From Octopus vulgaris (taxonomy: Eukaryota), in contig OX597819.1 of assembly GCA_951406725.2 (NCBI GenBank), positions 113,894,001-113,958,000 on the forward strand: 64,000 nucleotides of DNA. Direction: 5' to 3'. The position numbers were made by a program, and so were the translations under genes. Every line of letters begins with the position of its first letter. Positions within the stretch are counted from its first letter, which is position 1. Below are positions 1 to 13,400 of the stretch, piece after piece. Below the pieces are notes generated by a model that was not told the DNA's origin, did not search any database, and saw only the letters and a program-made list of their open reading frames with translations.

Positions 1-336
1 AAAATGGTCAAGTTGCCATAGTTAACTCAAACATTCTCGAACATGGATGTGCTCAATCAAGCCTCTTGATTTTAGTGGTGTTCCATAATGTATCTATGAC
101 TACATTATGCAGTAAATTTACCCTTTTTCAAGTTGTGGTATGATTTGATGTATATATGGTCAATATTTCCAGTAGGTCAAATATTTACTTTGCTTCAGTC
201 TTTACTAAGTAAGCTTGAGACTATCTGATGTTATGTCTTTCAGCACACAGTCATATACTCTCGCTCTTCTCCCACTATTACATATGTTTGAATTCCACAG
301 TTGCTATGTAAATAAAAAATAAGTCAGAACTGTAAC

Positions 337-468
337 ATCGTCATCATCATCATTTAACGTCCATTGTCCATGCTGGACAATTTGAACTGGGCTGGCATGC
401 TGGAAGGTTGCACCAGACTCCATCTGATTTGGCATGGTTTTCTATGGCTGATGCCCTTCATAATGCCA
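337..468 (-). mobile_element. RTE-tailed SINE family A, 3' fragment
   Basis: Reverse complement of the (GAT)n tail plus GGACGTTAAA / GAAGGGCATC motifs shared with many copies in the window. Confidence 0.75.
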
Positions 469-640
469 GAACAGTATCATGTCTCCCTGGTAGTGGATTG
501 AACCCCAGTCTCCCACATGACAGATATCACTATATGAAATTATATAATCCAAGGTAAAAGGGCAGAGACTGTGTCCTGTGCAAGTCCTTTCACAGTGGTT
601 AAAACGTATGCAGACAAATTGCCAACAGACAATTCTTACA

Positions 641-762
641 TGGCCTCAGACTTGACACTGAGGCCTACATCAAGTGCCTGGAGGAAGTTGTGCTGCTTTG
701 GGTCAAGAGGGTGCTTGCTGGAACACTATGTCTGGCAACAGGACTCTGCACCATACCACACA
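641..762 (+). mobile_element. Tc1/mariner transposase fragment (pseudogene)
   Basis: Frameshifted GLRLDTEAYIKCLEEVVLLW..YVWQQDSAPYHT, matching the QQD(S/N)AP.H motif around the second catalytic Asp. Confidence 0.7.
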
Positions 763-901
763 ATTGTCCTGTTTGTAAATTGTCTGTCAGCCAACTGTCT
801 ATCGTTGAATTGTCCATCTACTGGTTAAGAAATGTTTATTTATTTCACTAAGAATAAGTCAGAAAAGCAAGACATTATTTACTATAGCTATTTTCAGAAC
901 A

Positions 902-1356
902 CTGTGCCGGTGGCACGTAAAAAGCACCATCTGAACGTGGCCGATGCCAGCGGTGCCTAGACTGGCTTCTGTGCCAGTGGCATGTAAAAAGCACTATCCG
1001 AATCGTGGTTCATGCCAGCGCCGCCTTAACCGGCTTCTGTGCTGGTGGCACGTAAAAAGCACCATCCGAATCGTGGCCGATGCCAGCGCCGCCTTGACTG
1101 GCTTCCGTGCCAGTGGCACGTAAAATGCACCAATCCGATCGTGGCCGTTGCCAGCCTCACCTGGCACCTGTGCAGGTGGCATGTAAAAAGCACCCACTAC
1201 ACTCATGGAGTGGTTGGCGTTAGGAAGGGCATCCAGCTGTAGAAACATTGCCAGATCAGACTGGGCCTGGTGCAGCCTTCTGGCTTCCCAGATCCCCAGT
1301 TGAACCGTCCAACCCATGCTAGCATGGAGAACGGACGTTAAACGATGATGATGATG
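902..1356 (+). mobile_element. SINE family A, young copy with about 5 tandem 67-68 bp units and (GAT)n tail
   Basis: Repeated GTGCCGGTGGCACGTAAAAAGCACC units, then GGAGTGGTTGGCGTTAGGAAGGGCATCCAGCTG..GGACGTTAAACGATGATGATG. Confidence 0.85.
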
Positions 1357-1543
1357 AGTATTTAACGCTAAAAGGATAATTGTCAATTTATCAGCCTGAT
1401 GTATTTTTGTGAGAAAGCTGATCTCTACTTTTCTTTGTCCATCAAAATTTTTATTTATATCTGTATTCATTTTCTTATTCAGTTTGAATTAACCACTTTT
1501 CCTTTCTACTTTCGTTTTCTTTTGTCATTGGCTCCAAACATAG

Positions 1544-1735
1544 GACTTGATCGGTTGTGTGCATGCACAATGGGCGGTAAGCTACATTTCTATCAACTGT
1601 CTGAGCAAAACCCTGCCATATTAGAAATGTCCAACTGTGGTATATTCAACAACAAAGAGGCATTGAGTGATCTGGACTCTGCTGATGCTGGTAATGATGA
1701 AGTTAATGAACATCAAAAGACCAAACAGACTGCCA
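1544..1735 (+). CDS. BIRC6: BIRC6 exon 1 (window numbering)
   Basis: tag|GA..GCCA|gtaagt; [19 protein letters not shown]; phase 1-1. Confidence 0.88.
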
Positions 1736-4700
1736 GTAAGTAATTGGATATTAATTAGCATTGTTTTTGGAAATACTTTTGGTTTTCTGCAATTTTGTTT
1801 TTCAGTAGTGTATCCGAACACTTAACCAAATATTTACTACTTGTATGTATAACCTTTTAAATTGGGTGTACTGTTTGGAGACTAGATTTCCAGGTGAAGA
1901 TTTAAAGGAAGATACACAGAAACGTGTTTTTCTTTGCCTCCATTCTATCCTTCAAACTTCAAATTAACTGTGTAATTTTAAAGCAACTGACTGATGTACT
2001 GATACTCTCAGTAACAACAATAGTGAGCTGTACGATACTACAGTGCTTGGATACAGCTTGGTGGTTTTGGTTGTTGAGAGCTAAGTCATTGAGTACCAAG
2101 TTGAAAGTACATGGGTTGAAAGCTTTTGTTATCTCAGTGGTCTTAGCCAGCTAAAAAATTTTAAAATTTAGTCAATTATGCTATAGTTCTTCTTGAAAAT
2201 TTGATTTTTTTAAAAAATTTTTAATCTGTTCTAGGTTCAAAACTTTTATTTAATCCTGATTTAAAATCTTTCAGCTGAGGAATCCCTCTTTGCCGAACCA
2301 TTAACAACAGAGAAACTAATGCGGTTGCACTCACTAACTGAGTTTGAGAACCTCATGCCACGGTTCAGTGCCACAGTTTCACCATGTTGGGCTGAAATAC
2401 AACAGGAACAGCAGCAGAGGCGTCACCCTCAACATCTTCAGCAACAAGGCGAAGCAACACAGCACACGCGAACATGGAAACTACAGCCTGAAAGGTAACA
2501 CGTTATTTGTATTGTTACTTAATGTCTCTTTCCTCCCAGTTTGGGCAAAATTCGATGAAGCTTCATATGTGATAGCCATATCCTTAGTATAGAACCTTGT
2601 CATAGTGGAGTAGGTTGGTTAGGGATCTATGTAAATAGAATAGTAATATATGCAAGATGATATGAAGGAACAACCATTGGTAGCAACTAATGATTACTTT
2701 TTTTTATGAGTTTAAGCTTAACCACAATCATTGTTTCCATTAGCTAGTACACATGATACTGTATTCGGTTTGCTTAAGTGAGTAATTCCACTTGTTCTTA
2801 ATGCTTGAATGATTATAAGTCATATGAAAAACTGAATGCTTTGATAAGGGTGCACATCTCAAAATTGGCCCAAACCAAATACTGCTTAAGGAAGAAAACC
2901 TAAAATAGCGAAACAAATATAAAAAACTGATACAATTCGATGTATATGCTGTAAAGTATTTAAACTGAAACAAGGTTTGTGATTTGTCACTAAATTTGGT
3001 TTGGGGTTTATGTCCATCGTGTTGATTAATGTTTTAAGATTAAACATGGTCTGTTTGTCTGTCTCATTCCATTTCTTTTGTTTCTGCAGCAATACATGGG
3101 ATGAACATTTGTTTGAACTAGTCCTTCCAAGGCCTTGTACAGTGGGTCATATAGACGTCAAGTTTACCCTCCTCATGAACATGTACAGCACTCTTCCGAA
3201 TATCCAAGTGACACTCCTCAAGCAGAACATAGGCAACATAGGGAAACAACAGCCTCCTGCTGCCCCAGATACTTCAACTTCCACCTTGTCAGAGAAGGAG
3301 TCTACAGCCACCACCTCCACTTCCACTACAGCCCCCACCCCAACCACCACCACCGGTGCTAAAAATGGTTTGAATTTATCTACTGCTACATCGCAAAATC
3401 CAACGTCTTCAGACTATGTGTCTTCTGTAACAATAGACCCTAAACCCTTTGTTGTTGAAGTGGACCAAAAACTTGATTTCAACTTACACCCAAGGCCTAA
3501 TCTCTTGAATGATTCCACCTTTAATGGAAAGTCTGAAGTGAATAATGTGCTGGATCCCCTATTCTTAGAAATGCTCAATGCAGAAATTTTGTGTGGACCT
3601 TTACCGGTGTCTTCATGTCTTGATTTGTCAGGTAGCAGTGCCTTGGTTACCTTAACCAGCCCCCAGCTGCTCAACTCTAAATCTCGGTCATTCCTTTTGC
3701 ACATTAAAGGATTCTTTACCAAAGGAGAAGATTCTCCAGATAAAGCTCAGGTAATAATTATTGTAATCATCTTTAACTTTCCATGCTGGTATGGGTTGGA
3801 TGAATTGTCTTAATCTGAATCATTTATTGGGTGCTATTACTCTCATAGACTGGTACCCATACTTATCATTTTGGTTTGCTTATTGCCAACCACTTTATGG
3901 AGTCTACTGAGTGCATTTTCTTGTAGTACCAGTCCTGAAGAGATTGATGCTTCCATGACAAGACTCCTGTCTAACAGGTCCTATCAACTTTACACTTTCT
4001 CTGCTCAGTTGCCAATTAATTTAGAGTAATTAGAAAGTCATTCTTCTGTAAAAACAAATAGGTTGCACACCACACACATACACAAGCTTAAAGTGCTTTT
4101 TGAGGCCTTGTTTTAGTGTACATAATCTAACATGCAATGTATAGACATATGTATTTTCATACATGACTACATATGTACTTGGTATGTATGTATACCCATT
4201 TTTGTGAAAAGTCTCTTACTTGAAAAATAAAAATTAGCAACAGGAGGGGCATGTGGCTGTAAAACAGTACCTCAATATATAATCTTCCAACCATACTTTG
4301 CGAGTTACTTGGTTATCCTGCCAATGCTGGTGCCATTTAAAAAGCATCCAGTCCACACCGTAAAGTGGTTGGCATTTGGAAGGGCACATGCTAGCGTCCA
4401 ACCCATGCTAGCATGGAAAGCGGATGCTAAACAAAGATGATGATGATCCTGCTGTAAAAATCATACCAAAACTAACCTTGCATGTGCTCATGCCACGTAA
4501 AAAGCACTGTGTCCACTCTGCAGAGTGGTTGGTGTTAAGAAGGGCATTCAACTGTGAAAACCCTGCCAAGAGTAGCATAAGGTAGTTTTTCTACCTGGTC
4601 AGCTCCTGTGAACCATCCTACCCATGCATGCATGGAAGATGGATGTTAAACGATGATGATGCTAGTATGAAATAAAATGAACAAGCACATTTATAGATAT

Positions 4701-7700
4701 ACATAGATGTCTATATATGCACAAATAAAATAGACGAAAGTTGAATTTTAATTTTGCAACTGTGTCAGAAAAAGAATCTAATACTTATTCATTTCTTCAT
4801 CTTTCAGTGTAATATGTTTAAATGTGTTATCTTTTGTTAGGCATCTGAAAACAAAAAGAAATCCACAACTCTGAACAACACAACAATGTTTGACAAACAG
4901 AAAGTGAAATCCATCAAATCTTTATTTGATAACATTCCATATCCAGGATTTAACACTACTGAGCGAGTGTCTTCTGCTCCGAAAATGAAGCTGGAGAATA
5001 TTCAAGGCTGTGACTGGATCCAAGAACTATCTATCACTGTACGGAAAACTAAAAAGACTCGTGTTCCAAAAGAAAGGTGAGACCCACAACATTATTTTCT
5101 TGTTCTTTTTGTTATTTCTTTTCTGATGGTCAAATTGATTTCTGTTCATCCCGTTTATTATGCTAAATGATGATCATGTACTCAAGGTGCTGGCTTACTG
5201 GTGCCAACGTTCAGAGTTCAAGTTTTGACTAAGCTTTTGTTCTTTTTGACTAGTCTCACCTACCATAGTTTCTGTATGAATATATCCTCGACTTCCTGAT
5301 CACTGCAGGCAGTGTTTTTATTTTCTTGATATGGTCTGAATTGTCAGAAAGATTCAAATATCTGAGAAGAGTTAATAAGATATTATATTAACTTCATTTA
5401 TTATTAACTTTATTTGGACTATTTATTTTTAATGATGAACATTTTACAGAATGCATCTACACTTTGCTTTTATTGGTTTGATCTCCAGTTGTCATCAGGT
5501 GTTTTATTCTTTGAACATTGTAGTGAAGATGGAAATATTTGATAAAAATCTTCATTTAATGACAAAGTTGCGAGCCTCTACACAGTTGCCTTATCTTATA
5601 GATAAAGTAACTGTGTAGAGGTGGTGTCTTTGACTTGTGTATTAAAGGTATTTTTAAATGAATATGGTATTGAACAATGAGCCATGTGATCTTTGGTTCA
5701 ATTCTGCAGCACATTTCATTCTTGTCTCTTGGCAGTCTAGAGGAAAACTAAGAGCCAGTTAAACTAGTGATTTTCTGTGTTGGCAAACAATAAATACAAA
5801 TAGTTCGCAAATTGAATAAATTACTTTGACTTGAATAGGCAATATAATTGATTCAATTTTGCAAACTGACCCTTTTGTGGTCCTATCCAAAGCATTAACC
5901 CTCTCTTTTTCCTCACAGCAAAAGTCTATGAATATCAGGTCTTTTAGCTGCTAGAGAATATGAGATCATTATTATCGTTAAGTGCCATAAAATTGAAACC
6001 CTATAACTAGCCTTGCTATTTCTCAAAGCTGTAAAGAAAACTTAATATTTTATAACATAGTGTGAGGTCAGTTCTTGAGATGTTTGACCACACAGCTGGA
6101 GTGATGGAAGACTTAAAACAAATGGCAATGACCTGGACATTAGATCTATTCAACTCATACCGACCTGAGAAAATGGATAGCGGTGATGAAATGTTATTGA
6201 CTTGGACTATGACTGCAAAATTCCGGGGTGTGTGTGGGGGGTGTCTTTTGTGTTGTTTTTTTTTTTGTTGGAGTAAAATATTTTGCTATGCTCATGCCTT
6301 TCTCTCTCTTATACTTTCTCTTTTTACTCTCTCTCTCTGATTTACTTCCAAGTCATAAAATGTCATAAAACAATAACAGTTGTTTGAACCCTGATCCACT
6401 TTTTGTTCTTTTGTAATCATTTAACAGGTGGCATCGGAATATGATGATCGAATCAGCCGATTTTCATGAGAACCTCCTTTGTGCAGTGACCAATCCAAAC
6501 CAGAATCATATCCATACAAGTGAAGACCATCATGAGAACCTCGCCCTTGATATCCTGTGTTGGGTGACAGCTGTACAGATGAATGATCCAAGTCGAAAGT
6601 AAGGACAATTTATAGATAAGGGCAGGCATGGATTAAATTATATCTTTCTAGATGGAATATATTTGCATCAGGAACTGTCTGTGCGTCAACGTTGCTACCT
6701 ATACTCCATACTTCTGATTGGTAGTCCTGATCCAGTAAAATTATGATCAAAAGTTTTCCAGCTGCAACCATCCACAAGATAGTTGCACCATCTTGTATCT
6801 TTGACTACATTTCCCGGTGTGTTTGACCGCTATTTCTGCAACCACATAATAGGTGCAGGCTCCCTTATTGACTTGAACTCTTTCTTGTCTCTTCTGGATA
6901 GGATATTTTCTGTTGATGTTGACCCTCTGTCTATAATGTCATACATATCAATATTTAGAACCTGTTTTATATGTAATCGACATAGTGTATATGTAAATTT
7001 TGATGCAAAATATACTTTCAGAATACCCTTTTTTCTCCTCTGCTAATTTTGTCATCTAAATATCTCTGAAACAAAATGGAGAAAAATATTTTTGTAAAGC
7101 AGATTAAGTTATGGTTGTTAAATTATGATGATTGACATTTTATTTTCTTTGTTCTTCACAGGATTCCCGACTGTACTGTACTTGTTACTGTAAAGAAAGA
7201 ATTATTAAGTTTGGTGAAAGCTTGTTTCATTCATGGTACGAGAACAACTGCTCACAAAGCTTCACGCTTACTAGTCCTTTGTATGGAGTAAGTATTGTAC
7301 TTATTATTGTGGTTGTCATTGCTATGTAGCTAACCAAAATATTTTGTCTTATCTTTAGTTATACAATATCAAGTGGTTAAGATTTGGAAGTTCATATTCA
7401 TAGGTCGAATCTACCGTTGGTACTTTATTGTTTGTGCATTTCTTCAGTTTATGTGTTGAAAATAGGTTCTTGTTCACTTCAAAGTGGTTGAACAACCAAT
7501 ACCAACAAATTGGCATTCACATTACAGGCTATACTATTCATCCTTTTGATTACTTAATAAAAAATGTGGCTTGCAAGACCTCTGTTCTGGCAATTTTCTT
7601 GAGTTATCACCTCACCCTTGTATTCTAATCCATCACAAGGTTACTCATTTACAATTGAGTGGGCTGGAGCAACATGAAATGTAGTGTTTTGCTCAAGACC

Positions 7701-10393
7701 ATAATGCACAGCTGGCCTGGGAATTGAAATCATGATCTTGTGGTTGTGAGAGCAACCCTCTAACCACTAGGCCGTGTGCCTTCACTAATTTTTCACTAAT
7801 GGGAATGGTACTGGGTATAGACCACTGCCCTATTTCACATTATGAAAGTGAAACTAAGCTCTAGATCTTGTATTTTAATCATGTAACAATGATTAAGCTG
7901 GGAAAAATGTACTGGGCAACCGGCATTGCTGTTGATTCTTCTTGTGTGTGTGTGTGTGAACACAGTTCAACTGACAATGTGATAAGTGTTGGGTGAAAAA
8001 ATGCTATCAATGGAAGTTTTCTATTGAAGAAAAGGAGGTATGTTCTGGGCTCAACAGAAGAGATTACACTGACATAACTGTTGATCTAAAGAATGAATTT
8101 TTAGATTATCTGGTGCTACTTCCACAGCAAATAAACTGTTTATTCTAACCAAGCCTCCATGATTCCAGTTGGGACCTCGATGTAAAAGATTTGCTTTCTG
8201 TTGGAATATGAGGATATGGTTCAGGAATGCTAAGTCTCTTTGCCAAATGTGTTAGCATAGTACTATAAATACATTGAACTAATTATTTTATTGACTGAAA
8301 GATAAAATAAATGGTAATAAAACAATTAAAAAGTCTGTAAATTACGCTTTCACCCTTTTCTTCTTCCTATCACTGTTTCTCCCACCAGCCTCTCTCACCT
8401 TCTCACCCTCATTTGTTTGTCATTACTCATTATTCTATTCAACCTTTCTTGGTCTTGCTGTCTTGAATAAACAGAGATGACTTAAAATAGTGAACGCTCT
8501 TCAATCTTGCAATCTATCTAGTGCTGGAAGCACAATAAAATGCACTCAATACATCTTGTGAAGTGTCTGGCAGTTGAATAGAGACAACTTAGGATTGACA
8601 GAATTTTTTAATCTTTCTGAAAATGTGACTCTTTGTACTGGTGGTATGATACAGTACACCCTTCTACACTGTAAAACAGTTGATATCGGGAAGGGCATCT
8701 TCCTGTAGAAACTATACCAGAATGGAATATATGAACGAGGCATAGATTCTGGCGTATCAGAAGGGCAGTAGCATCAAATATGATCTGGCTTGGATTATGA
8801 TTTCTTCAACCATTATCAGTATGGATGTAGATGTGTAATGTATCAAAGATGAAGAAACTCTAAGCTTTTAAGTATACTTAATATTCCTTGTTATTAACTA
8901 GGTGTTATATCCAAATTTATAATGTTTTTTCTCACGTTTTATGATTGACAATACTCTCACCTACAAATACTACTTTACTACATCTCCCCAAATTTATAAT
9001 GTTTTTTTCTCACATTTTTCTTTCAGATTATGCAAAAGCAGTCCTGATCCTGATGTCACTCCATCATTCAGCTACAGTTTACTGCAGGCTTTACTCGAGT
9101 GCCTTCCTCTCTTACCATCAGGCTACTCAGCTGGGGCACTGCGTTGGTTTTTCACACTGCTCAACATAGTGAAGCAAATGAATGATTCACTTGTGGCTGA
9201 GAAATGTGTCAGTATGCTTACAAAAGTAGCCAAGTGCTATTACAACAGAGATATACCTTTGCATTCACTGCTAAAAGCTCGGTAAGCCTTTCTTTTCTTT
9301 ATTTCAGTATTTACTCTTAATACTTTTTGACATATATACACATAGTAATCTTTGAAGTGTATGCATACACAAACATATTAAGATAAACATGCACTCACAT
9401 ATAGACATGCAAGATAACGCAAACACACAACCATATATATGTGTGTGTTATGTACACACAAGATAACACAAATGCCTACCCATATATTTACATATATTTC
9501 TATAACATACATGAACTCTACAGTTTCATGTTGTAATATCAACCAGTTTTCTATTGCTAGATTCAATACATTTCTTTCATTGGTTTTTCATTGGTGTGGT
9601 TTGATTTAAGATTATAACTTTTTGAACTACTGACCTCATTGTTAGAGTTGAAATGTTTTGTTTTTTAAAAAAAATTTTTTTCATATTTACATCTATTGAT
9701 TTGACCTGATTGTTATCATGTTCCTGGTTTGGAATAAAGAGATTTTTCAAAACCAGGAAATATTGATCCTAAACTAATAATAATAATAATAAAACCTATT
9801 TATTCATTATGCCACTGACATTTGTAAATGGATGCCGGGTCATAGTTAAGACATTTCTGTATCAACTTATAGCTTGACTATTCTCCCAATACTTGATAAA
9901 TTTTTAAAGCAGCTGCTTTATAGTAGTCTTATTGACAATATTAAACACATGCTGTTATATTTAACTAGAAATAATAATTACTGATTTAATGTTCAGTGTG
10001 ATTATGTGTGAGTGCATGTATTTATGTACACGTCTAAATGTACTTGAATGTGTGTGTGTATATTCATTCCAGGAAGTGACAAGTTCAAATGAAGTCATGT
10101 CTGGCCACTTATAATAAAGTACTCAAAAGTCTGAGAGTGAATAAAATAGTTAATCCATAATTGTTTATCTAACAAAGTGTATTTTTTGGACTAACAAATA
10201 TGGATTAAATATTGTGTGTATACATATATACACACACATGCAGAGGTGAGCACATAAGTGCAAAACAAGGTGGGAAAAATAGTACTCAAATACCAAAGGT
10301 AGAGTAATATGCTTTTATTAAAGCTGCAAAATTATCACAAAACTATTACCTAGTTTCATGTTCCTGTTTGTTGGACAGTTGTGGTGAAAACTT

Positions 10394-10443
<50 letters not shown>

Positions 10444-13400
10444 AGATATATATATAGGGAGAATTCACAAAAAAGCAAAAGACAAAGACAGGTGGTGTAG
10501 ACAACAAACAGATGTATTAGTATAACGCTTGGGAAGTGAAAAAGTCTTTGTTTCGAGCCTATGCTCTTCCGCAGAAAGAAACAAGGAGAGAAAATAATGT
10601 GTAGTGGCTAACGATCTATCATGGCGAATGCTATATATATATAGCTTCAAGTGATAGAGATGTGGGGAGATGTAGTAAAGTAGTATTTTGTAGGTGAGGG
10701 TATTGTCAATCATAAAGTAATTGAAAACATAATTAGAATTCATTCTTTTTTTTTCCGAGTTACAACAGATGTCTGTTTAGTTTCAACAAATAATTACTGC
10801 ACTTCTGGCTTTACATCACTTGAAATGTTTTATATTTACTTTGTGTGTTTATAAGTTAAAGGCGGCCCAATCATTTAATTTTTAGACTATTTCATTCCCT
10901 GTGACAATAAAGCTGTAGTAGTTTAGGTGAAGTCATTATCATATTCCCATTATAATTAAACTGTGTTTACTTGTAGGTATGGACTGCAGGGACATCCATT
11001 CGATCCAGATCTTTTTGACATCTACCCTGCTAACAGTTTGCGACAGTCATCATCACCATATACATATACAAGTGCTGCTGCAACAAATACTCCTGCAGCA
11101 CAGAGCTTTCAACCTCCTCCACAGCAAGATGAGATGGACTATTATGATTTATTCAACCAGTTATCTGACAAACAGTGTGATAAGTTCCCATCTGAGTACC
11201 TTCGGCACAACATTCTTGGCCTTCTTGAAGTTGAACCACTGCACTTCACATGTCACGCTACAAGTGACTCGACCAAAATGGAAAGACTCGACTCTGGTCC
11301 ATCAGGCTCTAGCAGCATACCTATTGTTGGTTCTTCTGGCTTGTCTGGTACCGTGAACTTTGGTGAGAGTTTGTCAAACGTAGCTACAACAGGGGCCACT
11401 ATGGCATCACTGCCTTCCTCTCTTGCAATGGCTGAGCAACAAGTGCAGCAACTGGCAACTAAAGTGCAACAGTCTAAGAAGGATGTTGAATCTATCAAGC
11501 AGCTGCTCAGCACAGTACTGAAAACGGTCAAACCTGCTGCAAACAACTCCAGTGATCAAGCTTTCAAGCAGCAGGCCCAAAATCCAAAAACCACTCCCTT
11601 ATTTATGACACCTCCTTTGTCTCCACCCAATGAAAACTGGCCAGCCACAGGCCCTCCATATTTATCGGCTGGTGTCCCAAGTGACAACGGACCACTTTAT
11701 GTGAAAGTGCCTTCTCTCCTGGGAGATAAAGTAAGTTAGTTATGTTTACTTTATTTATATATTCTAAATTTCTGAACTGCTGTTTCTTTTATCGTGATGG
11801 CACACAGCTAAACACCTCAAAACATTTTAACATTCTGTCAATAATTTGTTTAGTTTGCAATGCCAGATTCTAATTTTCCAATAATGAAATCTTTTCTGTA
11901 TTTCCTGAATCCATTTCATTACATCCCCTAATGTTTTGTTCTGTTGAATTTTCAGAATCAAAATACTGAAAAATCTGACAACAAACAACGGGTCCAGATG
12001 GTACTACCACACCTGTTGCAGCCTCCTTCTCCTCAAGTCCTTGTTGTAGAAAGGATGCATTCAGGTAATTTTTGGTTTTGTTTTTGTTTTCTTTATCTAG
12101 CTTGTCTTTTGTGTGTTGCTTTTATATAAATCATTTCACGATTCATCGACAGTGTTGTTACATCAAATAACCAACGTTCCTTGATAGCATGAGTTGGGCA
12201 AGCTCAGCTGTTCAGTATATTCGTGACTGCTCGAGTTATTGTCTGAGTTGTGAAGTGTTTCAGCATTTTGAGGTCTAACATCTTGACTTCTTTCTTTGTT
12301 TTCATCTGACACAAGTACAAATAGTCATATAAATAATTTTAGAAAGAATACATTCAATGGTGTGGCCAGGTGTGTTAAAATGGTGGGCCACTGGTTGGTT
12401 TTAAGTGCATTGGAGAACATTGTGAAAGTGACTGCAGAAGAAACTACCCAGGTGATAAATGTGTGATGTTTCAATTTCTTTTCTAACAGGTGCACGGCGC
12501 TTTGTCATTTTGGATCTCGGCAAACCTGTTCTGCTGACCGATGTGATCATTCCTGCTTGTGCTGATCTGGCATCACTATCAATAGATGTATGGGTGCAGA
12601 GTGAAGAAACTGATGGTCAGAGGTTGGTGATAGCCTCTGATATTGGCATCCGATCACTTATCATGAACAACATCATGCCACCTCCAATTTGTCGTTACCT
12701 CAAGGTAATTGTCTTTACTATTTATGGCGTCATTTCATTACTTTTTCACTATATTACATCTGCTTTTCTATATTAACATGGTAGGATGGTGATTTGTTAG
12801 AGTAACCATTTTTACAGCTGGATGCACTTTATGCTTTTAATCACTTGAATATAAATTATTATATTACATACTAAATCTTCCTGAAATTTGTTCTACTTAT
12901 CTCTCCTCCTTAACTTCCAATTTCTAACTTATCTTCCAAACCTTGTGTTAAACATCGACCTAAGTCTTTCTTTTCTGAACAACTTCTTACTCAAATTCCA
13001 TTCTGGCTAATGTTTTCCCTTGACCATTCAACTGGGAAGAATTCAAACTGAACACGTCATCCCAATTATCCCCTCAGTTTTAGAGAGACTAAAATTGTAT
13101 GAGCACTGCAGCAATTAATCTTCATTATAATAGAGAAAAAGTCATTGATGTTAAATTATAGATAAAACCTATAATTCTGCAAGCTTCTTTATTTTTGCAA
13201 TAATGTCATAATGGCCATCTTATAAAAGTATAAAAAATGTTAGTTCTATAATAGCTATGAAAACTGTTACCTGATAATTCATAAATATATTGATACTTGT
13301 GGAAATGTTAGTATGAAATAACGAATGTAAAATGCTGTATGTGACAGTCAATATGTTTCTTATTCTGGAGCTATCAGAAATAATTTCTATATATATATGT

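Noticed and set aside
902-1195. Regularly spaced 25-bp motif resembling a CRISPR array
   Set aside because: The spacers are homologous to each other, the context is a eukaryotic intron with no cas genes, and the motif recurs in dispersed SINE copies
994-1470. 158-aa minus-strand ORF and similar ORFs at 26863, 27820 and 52559 ([20 protein letters not shown])
   Set aside because: These are translations of the SINE family A sequence, not genes
11253-11546. Antisense ORFs overlapping BIRC6 exons (also 3414-3722, 31250-31522, 54519-54893)
   Set aside because: Shadow frames of real coding exons; no independent motifs
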